From Schizochytrium sp. TIO01 (lineage: Eukaryota > Protista > Bigyra: Labyrinthulomycetes), in assembly GCA_004764695.1 (NCBI GenBank), contig SMSO01000004.1, forward strand, positions 186,001-250,000: a stretch of 64,000 nt of DNA. Direction: 5' to 3'. Shown here piece by piece: positions 22,001 to 30,539 of this stretch (position 1 is its first letter; the number at the start of each line of letters is the position of its first letter). The notes under the pieces are model-generated. The model saw only the letters and a program-made list of their open reading frames with translations, had not been told where the DNA came from and did not search any database. The position numbers and the translations under genes are program-made.

Positions 22001-25000
22001 GCTGCGAAGAAATCTTATGTTGATCGGTAAGATTAAGTGGTATCCTTCCTTGGTCAGAGCCGGTTTCGATGATGTCGGTAAATGCTCGCAGGCCTCTAAT
22101 AAGCAAATGCGCTCGATTGGAATGCTCACGCGTAAGGTTCGGAAACCCATCATTGCTTGTCTTCGGGCCGCTGCAAAGGACTTTAGAGCAGCAAATTCAT
22201 CCGTGCATATGTCTAAAGAGCTCAAAGACCTTCTAGAGAACCTTGGTCAAAGTGCTCTTGAAGATCCGTTGGCAAAACAGGGAATTCTTGGTCTCAAGAC
22301 AGCAGGTTTGCGAGTGACCCATGACGTACTGCGAAATGCAGGTGTTGCTCGGTTTTCGGAACGCCGACGTATCCTCACAGTTATTCATGAAGCTTTGGCC
22401 GCAGAGTATCATGCAGCTGTGGAAAGCGGAGAAATTAATGACGATATTATTGGATCTCTTAGACTTGCTCGAGAAGCCGCGAGGGCTGCAGAGGAAGCTG
22501 CAGAGGAACTTTTTCGTGCTAAAGAGGCGTCTCCCATCTACCAAGCTCTGTCTGGTTTAGATGACGCTATGGAAGTTTATGATTCAATGACAATGCAAAG
22601 CTTATGTACAACTCGTAAACTTCGACGTCTTACTCACGATGATCTGCGAAAGTGTGGGGTTATTTCTTATCCAAAGCGACTCTACATAATAGATGCGTTT
22701 CGAAATATTGACCTTCCCAGGAATTATGCTGAAGAAGGAAGTGATATCTCAGAAAAGTCTCGACGCAGAAGAAAAGAACACAATGAACGTCAAAGTGATG
22801 GTATTGGTGATGACAGAAGCAGCAATTCCGAAAACTCAGAATGGGAGCATATCCTTGCTCAGCTTGAGAATGCCGGTTTAGGTCGATATTCCCGTCTAGT
22901 ATTTGGGGCTGGGTGCACTTCTGTTGAAGCCTGTACGTCCGTAAATGCTGAAATGTTAAGACTTTGTTTACCAAGCCTTGATGAAACCCATCCTCTTTAT
23001 GTTCTATTGCGCACGATGCCCGAGTATAGCCTACCGGAGCCAGAGAGCGATGGGGATCATCCTCAGGAGCAGCTTCGTGTGTCTATGGCAAGATCTCAAC
23101 GCCATACATCGAGAGCCCCCTCAAGGCGTTCTTCAAGGCGTTCATCCCTGCAAGAAGAGGATGATCTTGATCCAATTATGATATCCCGACAAGCAATCAT
23201 ACACATTCACCAGCGAGATGGACCACTTGCAATGCAAGAGGTGCTGTCTAAAATCGGCCTTGCAAGATACTATCCTCTTTTCATTAGTGCTGGGTGTCGC
23301 TCAGTAGCTAGTGCAAAGGACCTTCAACATACCTCGTTACGCGCTCTAGGTGTAAGTGGCTTCTTTGATCGGGACAAAATACTGACTGCATTTCGAAATT
23401 CTGTAATTACTTTGCCAGATGATATTGGCGGGCTCTCAGATTTGGACTCAGCCAGCTCTGTCAGCTCTGCTATATATAGCGTTGCGAGTGAGGCAGAGAC
23501 TACTGTACACAGCGACGAGGGGCAGGAGGATGTGACAGCTATATTGTATGGCTCCCGGCATCATATTAAAGCCATTCTTCAAGCTGTCAACCTCTCCTAT
23601 CTATGTGATGCAATTTTGCAAAAGCTAGAGAGAACAGCAAGAGGTCGTACGTTTTTGCGTGCAGCTACAAGACTTTCACACGAAGATCTAATCACCATCG
23701 GTATTGATAATTTTCACGACCGTAGTGCAGCTATTATGGCATTCCGAAATGCTCACGCCCGGACATTACGTGAGCAACCTGTCCTGGAGCTTTTAAAGAG
23801 CGTTCAGCTTGAACACCACTGGAACGTGTTTCAGGAACATGGTATCACTACAATACTTCGATGCTTTCAGCTTACGCCCGCACGACTACGTGGCCTTGGG
23901 TTTTCTCATCTTGATTGCGTAAAGTTTACGATTGCTTTGCGCAATTTTGACGATGACGATATGAGCACTGGGTCGTTGACCGATTTTGAGAACTTTTCTG
24001 AACCTGACGACGTGGATCTCTACACAGAAGAACTTGAAAGAATCTATGGAATTCTCACTGAGGAAGACCGAGCTATTCTAGACGCTCTTGTAAAAGAAGG
24101 TCTTGCCTCCTACTATCCACGATTTCGTGAGTTGGGGATTCGTTCTGTGGAACGCGCACAAGCAATGCTACCTTCCGATTTTGAATCCTGCCAAATTATT
24201 TCTCCCAGTCGCCAGGCGCATCTTACCGAGGCCTTCAGTAACCTTTCCGTAACCCATTCAGAGAGGTTGCTTCTTGAATCATCTATCTCAGATTCACAGA
24301 GAGGGCTTGACATGCTAAGGTTTTTTCTTTCGAGTCAAGCTGGGTATGAGAACCAATTCGATGTGCTGTATTCTCACCAGATTCGTAGCGTTGAGGCTTG
24401 TCAGAGTATTTCCCGGGATGACTTTGTTAGCTGGGGTCTTGACCCAGAGCCAGAAATGTGGGGCGCTTCTGATCGCAGAGAAGCTTTCATTGACGCGGCT
24501 CTCACTTTTGACCCTCGTGACTTCGTATCAGATAATTCATCTGGTGATGAGGCTCCCGATGGAGACGAAGAAGGTCGCCGAGTACGCCGGGAATCGCGTG
24601 TGAGGCGCCGTAAGGAGGTTGCAGAAAGGCGTGCTGCTACAGCAGAGTTCTTTCGAAAGAGCGATCGTCGCTCGGCTAGAGCAAAATGGCGCAAACATCT
24701 CCAGCGTGGTATTAATCGCTCCAGGACCCGCGAATATCTTGAAATTTGCCAAAAAAGAGCACGTGCAGGCCCTGCACTTCGTCATTTGCATGGTATCTCC
24801 GCGAACTATGTCGCGCTTTCATATTGCGGCAGTCTTGAGACACCTGGTGACTTGCAGCCTCCTGGCATTTTAAGCATTACTAATTGCAGATCTCTCAAAA
24901 ACCTCAATGGGTTTTGTTTGTCCAGGCCAAAAGACCCAATACATACTATGATCGAGGTTTCTCATTGTGAAGAAATCGAGACTTTATTTTCGCCAGCAAC

Positions 25001-28000
25001 TTGTGAAACTTATTATCAAGGTCGACTTACTGTGACTGGGTGCAATAAATTAAAACAACTAGCTAGCGGCAAACTTGTGTGCGCGCGACTTTCAAAGATT
25101 AAAATCTCAAACTGCGACTCCTTTTGCAATATTGCAGACCAAGTCAGTTTAGATTTTTCACACGTTTCTTTAGCCAGTTTAGAATCACTCGAAGCTCTTG
25201 CTTTTGATGGTGCCCTGGTTGCTAAAAATCTTTCGAGCTGCAGAATTGTTGATTGTAAGTCTTTGCAACAGGTACGCATCGAATGCATCAAATCTCTTTC
25301 TAGCTTAAAGGTTTTGGAATGCCCCGAGCTCAGCGTTATTTCTCCATATTGCAAAGTATCGGGGAAAGTCACACTCTCTAGCTTGCCAATGTTGGAGTCT
25401 TGCGCTGTTAGCACAAAAAGTCGAATGATACTTCAAAATCTTCCAAAACTTCAATCTTTGGAAAGTCCCGAGGGGTCTCTCAAGCATCTCAAGAACCTCG
25501 AAGTCAGTAACTGTCCACTACTATTCCATGGTCCAGATTCATTCGGTACATCTATTCTTTCCCAGCTTACGTTTTTAGTCGGTCTTGACCTGAGCAACAC
25601 TAGCGAGCTCACAGAGATCCCGGATGCTCTCCCAAGCAAACTTCGCAAACTAAATTTGGAGAATTGCATCAACCTGCGCTTGTTGCCGTCAACATCTATG
25701 GGCCGATCTAATGGATACCTTGAGTTGAATGTAAAAGGCTGCAAATCTCTGGTTAGTATTCCCTCGCAAGCGCATTTATCAAGCTTATGTGCAGCAGAGT
25801 GTAAATCTTTGCGTATTGTTCCGCGTGGCCTTCGTGTGGGTCGTGTGAAAAAACGTTGGGAAAATGGATTTATCGTTGTGGATCCTAAACATCCTGGAAA
25901 TATCGACCTAAGCGGCTGTACAGCTCTACAACATTTTGGCATGTCAGAAGTTCTAGGAAACCTTATATTGTCCGGTGCTGGTTTGGTAGAAATGCCACCT
26001 GTTCGAGTTCTCGGAAATATCTATGGCACCCATATGCCCAATCTTGTTACAGTTAGGGCAGGGACACTCGCAGGTCAAGTTGCTTCATATACTCATGGTA
26101 GGGTCGTTGGCGGAAAAGTGAATTTTCGTCATTGCCCGCGTCTTCGTGAGGTTAATTTGGAGCGTGTCTTGCACGATCTCCATCTATCGTACTGTCCTTC
26201 GCTAGAAAAGCTTGGTGCACAACGTCTTGAAATCGGTGTTTCCGACCCTGGACTGGACTTTTATCGTAAGAATGGACGAGTTCCAGATGGCAGTTTACAC
26301 CTGCAGCAGTGTATTGCACTTCGAGAGCTTCCTGCAGAACTCATATGCTACGAAAGCATTGATATGCAATATTGCATGGCTCTTAAATCACTTGCCAATT
26401 GTAAAATCACAGTTGGATACCCTGCGTTAACAAAGGTTGACAAAGCGAGCTTTGCAGGTCTCTTTCGTATCTTGGGTTGTAATAGCCTTGAGTCGCTGCC
26501 CCGAAGTATGACCGTGTTTGGCACTCTACTTCTGGCTATGGCAGATGAGATGGTGACACTCTCCGCGTTAGACATTTACGGTTCAGTGTTCGCTTACCAA
26601 TGCTTGAAGTTGAAGCAGATATCACGTGACGTTCGAGTTAAGGGATCTCTTGTTTTGTATGAATGCCCTGAGCTCGACTCCTTGCCTCCAAACTGGGCAT
26701 TCTCACCTCCGCCATCGCTTAGCGCGTCAGCCGCAAAGCGCGTGAGTACCAGATCAGCTTCATCCAGAAAATCGCTGCGGTCCAGGCTCTTACGGAACCG
26801 TTCTAGTGCTGCATCAAGAATCATGAATGATTACACGGTTGAAGTAGACAAATTGGATGGTACACCTGAAGAGATCCATCAAGGTAGTCAAACGGAGGCT
26901 GAGAGTTGGCGAGATGCAGGATCAGAAAACTCACCTCATAGAATTAATGCAAGTGAGACCGATGAGACCGATGAGACCGATGAGACCGATGATCGTTATA
27001 TTGCTCGATCGCGTAGACCTCTCGATGACGAAAGCGGGGAAGAGGACTCAACAGATGAAAGCGAGTCCGAACAAGATGACGAAGAGGAAGAAGAAGAAGA
27101 GGAAGGTGACTGGCCAGACTTCAACGACATCGTGGCTCCAGAACAGTCAGAAGATCAGAAAATTGCTGAGAATGGGATATCTCTCTACATCATAGACTGC
27201 GTTTCGTTGAGTAAACTACCGAAGGGACTCAATATTCCAGGAAGTTTAGGAATTATGGGATGCGGAGAACTGGTAGAGCTTCCTTCTGATCTCCAGGTTG
27301 GTATCGATCTGATTTTAACAGGGTGTGTTATGCTCGAATCTGTGCCACATACTGTCATTCAACAAATGGTGAATTCTGCAGCGAAGGCTCGCAAAACCCT
27401 TGATGCGTGGCAACTGAAATCAAACGAGCTGGCAGATCTTCAATCCAAGCACGCAGCTGCGCAGCATGAAGCAAGTCAAGCACGGCACGCTATTCAAGAG
27501 ATTAAGAGGCAGGCTCGCCGTAAGAGCATCCCTCTTTCTGTAATCGATGAGCAGTTAGACAAAGAAGATGAATCCGAGACACACTTATCTGAAGGTGCTA
27601 AAGCTGACATTGACTATTCGTCAGATGTAGAACTTGCTCCCCAAGAGATTGCTTCTCAACGTAAGGACTCTTTAAAGAGTAGTAAAAACGGTGTTCCTGA
27701 GCAATCATCGTCTCGCCAGCTTTCGTTCATGGGTCGTCGTTCGTCAAGTGCGAGCAAGTCTTCTTCATCGCTTGCAAGTCGTGCTCTAGGGCATCTGAAA
27801 CGTTCATTTCGAAGGCCAAACAGTCGGAAAATGTCGATCTCCTCAAGTGGTTCTGTAGCAAGTGCTATTTCAACTGCTAGCTCTCAGCTCAGTTTCACAA
27901 CTGAGGAGGAGGAGAGGCTCTCAGAGCTGGCACGCTCTCTGATGATTGCTGAAGAAGAGGAGGAAGCTCTTGCAACCAAATTGGCAAAGTTTAATCTTCC

Positions 28001-29420
28001 TGCCAAACCCTGTGTGACGCTGTATCATGTGATAAACTTAGCACAGACTCTCCTAGACGAAGACACAGATTTTGTTGTTGAATGGAGAGCGAAACGCGAG
28101 GAAATCAATGACGCGGTTCAATTCACCTTTTCGGATGACGATGGAGCATCTTTGAGAGCATCGGTGACTGGATTGATCTCCACCGAAGACCACCATGAAG
28201 CAAGCAATGATTACGCTGGTGGCGATGATGGAAACGACGGTGAAGATGATGAAGATGACGAATATGAATATTTTGAAACCCTTGACGATGCTGTTCGATT
28301 TTGGAGCAAGGCTGCAGGTTGGGTTGACAAACGTGGTTTACCTGTCACCCCTGAGGCCAAGAGTCTCTATGCAAAAGCTCAATCAGACTATGAAGCCAAG
28401 CAGGCAAAGAGAAAGTCATACGAGAAGCGCCGGAATAGCCGCCGGACCAGTCGGACCAGCCACCGTAGTCATAGCTCCCAAATTCACACGTCAGAGGCAG
28501 ATGGTGATGGTGATGGTGTTGATAATAACATCTTCGAAGACGGCAAGTTCCTTCCAATTGTTAATATCAAAGATTGTATTGAGGAAGCGTACAAGGGTGA
28601 TGTGCTACGATTCCTCGAAAAGCTGAAGTCCTCGACAGAGTATGATGACCGCTCAATGCGCCGCGGCCTAGCAGAACGAGTTATGGAAATAATCAGGCTC
28701 CTCGCAGAGGACCCAGAAAGCAGCGAAGACATTGTTCTCCGGATGTCACAGAGTATTGATGCTTGCGTTGACAAACCGATCTGGGCACTTAACCAAATGC
28801 ATGTTGTACAGGAAATTGCACATGCTCGAGGTGATCGAGAAAGAATTCGGTCTCTCGGTCGTCGAGTAATGCGACTTGGTCTTGTACACGAAGCAGCAGC
28901 TATGTCAATTGCAAAGCGCGGTGGTTATACAGGAACAGATGACGTCTGCGTCTACCTACGATATGAGATCGATCTCCGCGTGCCATTAAACTTGCCTGTC
29001 TCATCACGTGATATGCGCTATGGTGCATATGTTAACATCCCTACATCAGAAATTTTCGAGGTGTGTCGGAAACTTCGAACAATTACGGAAGATGACTTTG
29101 AGGCATGGCTATCCCAGTGGTCTGAATGGCAGCGTCAGCTCCGTTTTGAGTTTGCTCGTGATACCAAGTGGGGAGACCTTCCTTCAAAGGACCGACGTGT
29201 TTCTCTAGGTCGTACAGATCTCATGGGTGATGAACTTGTTGATCCTGTAGAGATTGAAAGAGCTGTTTTCTCATTCAGTGAGCTCATGAGATTCTGGGTG
29301 CCGAGTGGAGTTGACTTATACAAGACTCCACGCTCAGTCGAAGATATGAAAACATCTTTATACAGGTGCATCCCAGCCATTGACCCTGACTCCTTGCAGG
29401 ATGGAGGAAATCCCGTATAA
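19029..29420 (+). CDS. Giant UIM-SAM(n)-LRR-NEL E3 ubiquitin ligase-like protein (3463 aa)
   Basis: Uninterrupted ORF. UIM-like DEDALAAAVAASLAES; about 14 SAM-like repeats; Cys-containing LRR blocks; C-terminal IpaH-type NEL motifs (ACVDK, LGRRVMRL, DDVCVYLRY, LPVSSRDMRY, FEAWLSQWSEW); U-box-like tail. Confidence 0.88.
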   Translation: MSNNDHYLFRTLQQLQNGQSDEDALAAAVAASLAESGLGPEEGEQVIVRRLSNTGSDEDDSNAESDDNDDDNYENDADNEEEDDDGDEDGDISGSEESSDNDNNDGGTSNEPSNSSDSESSSRVGRQGVASRFRRRIGIRKKKDKACDQKTLAYIKDWANKVESLDVEGINRTVEALLQASPCLDYGKEYDSDDGVVSESSLINELLHSIEASISAADLASVGFCTIESLRNINHSSLRSVGVPFFAERDKIMTLFQNQDYEELKTRAALAQFEPEDLSDDEGDDALLDGSDEHFIIRETLRQIGMNDAIPIFAEQGWVTLELCRVLTHIQLRNAGFHTFSSRHAIISAFEDTRNRNRLERERYERRAKRRKNRLRLLRKEKEAREGPPQLLGLRLKKVLKIQGFSPPAFPLNLRCSGDVEFFDLVMPPVDPNQVCWKVDNLSLTRVTGSADWLRSLAGIKQVRLESIPDAEEAIEALCEDDVLSCPSLSIHSCSGIEAICETIECDTLKISSCSDLRLVSQNLSCKFDMDVSYNPMLLTLSQKALSLGRSSITSCQSLEYLSPETIYLSGSITMNNNQSLLALTPDEAIINPSSPRAALDIRIFNSNLMEMVAESIQSSAYEHVSIQIDGSILSRGICPGSVGLYFSSLDISQCTPPQYFALDDADTVTSDCTVYSPHDSDSSDDELSCDNSKVGIEEILKGLRYQKYLPVFVHHGYTTLEKCATLDESTLRDWGLRDKQTQNTLVKAFKSVGEMRELASFIPVRSALIRAGLEGYMYIFLVHGITSIEACKGLNQAALRSYGVPTFSERERIRNAFLNESDVDGSKKNRDIETENFVKEMLAFGEEHHSESSIVRYEDSFIRANFVSESSCKTLGTYDLFSRLGITSPIDRTAILWAIQEYPVFKQRSKDGEQDSQGEEGRISAATEGSDVSSIVSMEASTRLADLERATCNDQTRNQDRNSENDDQESLPSLDSTSSADRERQLFRKLLRRNLMLIGKIKWYPSLVRAGFDDVGKCSQASNKQMRSIGMLTRKVRKPIIACLRAAAKDFRAANSSVHMSKELKDLLENLGQSALEDPLAKQGILGLKTAGLRVTHDVLRNAGVARFSERRRILTVIHEALAAEYHAAVESGEINDDIIGSLRLAREAARAAEEAAEELFRAKEASPIYQALSGLDDAMEVYDSMTMQSLCTTRKLRRLTHDDLRKCGVISYPKRLYIIDAFRNIDLPRNYAEEGSDISEKSRRRRKEHNERQSDGIGDDRSSNSENSEWEHILAQLENAGLGRYSRLVFGAGCTSVEACTSVNAEMLRLCLPSLDETHPLYVLLRTMPEYSLPEPESDGDHPQEQLRVSMARSQRHTSRAPSRRSSRRSSLQEEDDLDPIMISRQAIIHIHQRDGPLAMQEVLSKIGLARYYPLFISAGCRSVASAKDLQHTSLRALGVSGFFDRDKILTAFRNSVITLPDDIGGLSDLDSASSVSSAIYSVASEAETTVHSDEGQEDVTAILYGSRHHIKAILQAVNLSYLCDAILQKLERTARGRTFLRAATRLSHEDLITIGIDNFHDRSAAIMAFRNAHARTLREQPVLELLKSVQLEHHWNVFQEHGITTILRCFQLTPARLRGLGFSHLDCVKFTIALRNFDDDDMSTGSLTDFENFSEPDDVDLYTEELERIYGILTEEDRAILDALVKEGLASYYPRFRELGIRSVERAQAMLPSDFESCQIISPSRQAHLTEAFSNLSVTHSERLLLESSISDSQRGLDMLRFFLSSQAGYENQFDVLYSHQIRSVEACQSISRDDFVSWGLDPEPEMWGASDRREAFIDAALTFDPRDFVSDNSSGDEAPDGDEEGRRVRRESRVRRRKEVAERRAATAEFFRKSDRRSARAKWRKHLQRGINRSRTREYLEICQKRARAGPALRHLHGISANYVALSYCGSLETPGDLQPPGILSITNCRSLKNLNGFCLSRPKDPIHTMIEVSHCEEIETLFSPATCETYYQGRLTVTGCNKLKQLASGKLVCARLSKIKISNCDSFCNIADQVSLDFSHVSLASLESLEALAFDGALVAKNLSSCRIVDCKSLQQVRIECIKSLSSLKVLECPELSVISPYCKVSGKVTLSSLPMLESCAVSTKSRMILQNLPKLQSLESPEGSLKHLKNLEVSNCPLLFHGPDSFGTSILSQLTFLVGLDLSNTSELTEIPDALPSKLRKLNLENCINLRLLPSTSMGRSNGYLELNVKGCKSLVSIPSQAHLSSLCAAECKSLRIVPRGLRVGRVKKRWENGFIVVDPKHPGNIDLSGCTALQHFGMSEVLGNLILSGAGLVEMPPVRVLGNIYGTHMPNLVTVRAGTLAGQVASYTHGRVVGGKVNFRHCPRLREVNLERVLHDLHLSYCPSLEKLGAQRLEIGVSDPGLDFYRKNGRVPDGSLHLQQCIALRELPAELICYESIDMQYCMALKSLANCKITVGYPALTKVDKASFAGLFRILGCNSLESLPRSMTVFGTLLLAMADEMVTLSALDIYGSVFAYQCLKLKQISRDVRVKGSLVLYECPELDSLPPNWAFSPPPSLSASAAKRVSTRSASSRKSLRSRLLRNRSSAASRIMNDYTVEVDKLDGTPEEIHQGSQTEAESWRDAGSENSPHRINASETDETDETDETDDRYIARSRRPLDDESGEEDSTDESESEQDDEEEEEEEEGDWPDFNDIVAPEQSEDQKIAENGISLYIIDCVSLSKLPKGLNIPGSLGIMGCGELVELPSDLQVGIDLILTGCVMLESVPHTVIQQMVNSAAKARKTLDAWQLKSNELADLQSKHAAAQHEASQARHAIQEIKRQARRKSIPLSVIDEQLDKEDESETHLSEGAKADIDYSSDVELAPQEIASQRKDSLKSSKNGVPEQSSSRQLSFMGRRSSSASKSSSSLASRALGHLKRSFRRPNSRKMSISSSGSVASAISTASSQLSFTTEEEERLSELARSLMIAEEEEEALATKLAKFNLPAKPCVTLYHVINLAQTLLDEDTDFVVEWRAKREEINDAVQFTFSDDDGASLRASVTGLISTEDHHEASNDYAGGDDGNDGEDDEDDEYEYFETLDDAVRFWSKAAGWVDKRGLPVTPEAKSLYAKAQSDYEAKQAKRKSYEKRRNSRRTSRTSHRSHSSQIHTSEADGDGDGVDNNIFEDGKFLPIVNIKDCIEEAYKGDVLRFLEKLKSSTEYDDRSMRRGLAERVMEIIRLLAEDPESSEDIVLRMSQSIDACVDKPIWALNQMHVVQEIAHARGDRERIRSLGRRVMRLGLVHEAAAMSIAKRGGYTGTDDVCVYLRYEIDLRVPLNLPVSSRDMRYGAYVNIPTSEIFEVCRKLRTITEDDFEAWLSQWSEWQRQLRFEFARDTKWGDLPSKDRRVSLGRTDLMGDELVDPVEIERAVFSFSELMRFWVPSGVDLYKTPRSVEDMKTSLYRCIPAIDPDSLQDGGNPV
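26955..26990 (+). repeat. (GAGACCGAT)4 in-frame repeat encoding (ETD)4
   Basis: Four perfect 9-nt units in the acidic linker of the giant ORF. Confidence 0.95.
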
Positions 29421-29971
29421 TCCTTCAATTGTTTGGCTCATTTCAAGTATCATAATGACTATCAATTATACGATGCTATATTAGTGGCCTTGGCTCTGGC
29501 TGATGCTCACATTTATCATCCATAATTAAGTATTTTCTACGGTTTTCATCTACGTAACATAATTTTGACCTTCAGCTACCTCTGCAGAATTATATTGTAT
29601 TAGATACTCTTCTGCAAGTAGATACAAATTTAAAGTCCCCGCGATTTCCAGGAATCCAAGAAGGAGAGTGTAGATCCAATCATTCATGCCAAACATGTAG
29701 AAGGATATTTAGTTAGATTACGCTCATTGGTGAATCGTCGTCGAATGAAGACGAAGCTAGTTGAGCACCGATTTCCTTTTCATTTCACCAGACTATACTA
29801 TAGAAAATAGAAAACTTCCTGGTACCAAATTAAACACATGCTTTTGTTCCTAGTCCGAGAGAGTGCTATTTGTTGTTGGAAATATATTCGAATTGTTCTT
29901 TTGGTGGGTTTTGAGGGCAAACCAATTACATCACACCATATCAAAGTTGAGCTTTGGGCCCATAACCTATT

Positions 29972-30228
29972 GCAAGTTTGCGTGAGGCGATCACCAAGAG
30001 ATAGCGTAGGTAGAGAGATGAAGAAAATGAATAGTTATCATTAACATTCAGGAACCTTTTGTTATTTATTTGACCTAAAACTAAATGGTTATTCCTTTTC
30101 GAGCTTAGTAACTTCAAACTCTTGAGAAGACTAGGTCTCATCAATTGTAAGTTAGCGTGAGAGGATCACCAAGATATAGCTTGGGTAGAGATGAAGGAAA
30201 AGAACAGTCAGAATTAACATTCAGGAAC
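29972..30228. repeat. Imperfect ~85-bp direct repeat pair
   Basis: g(c/t)aagtt(t/a)gcgtgag..gatcaccaaga(g/t)atagc...gtagag...atgaag..aaa...attaacattcaggaac at about 29972-30056 and 30147-30228. Confidence 0.8.
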
Positions 30229-30539
30229 TAGAGAAAGGTCCATTGTCCAAGTCTATGCTTAAGTCTTGTGTCGGGCGCATCGGGATGTTTAGTTTGGGAG
30301 TAGCTGTATATTACTTCAATAGTTTCTAACAATCATTGTGTGCTAGTACCTTGCTAGAACTAAGCTGCTGACCTCGCGAACAAGGACGAAAGTTTCTTCA
30401 AGTCAGACCACAAAATGTTATGCGTGAATTACAGTGCCAAGTACAAGTTTGCGCCATGAGTTCGAATAAACGTATAAACAGATGCTAATTGTTGTCTTAC
30501 TCCCACCAAAAAAAAGTGAACATGCTAAGGAAATAGTTC

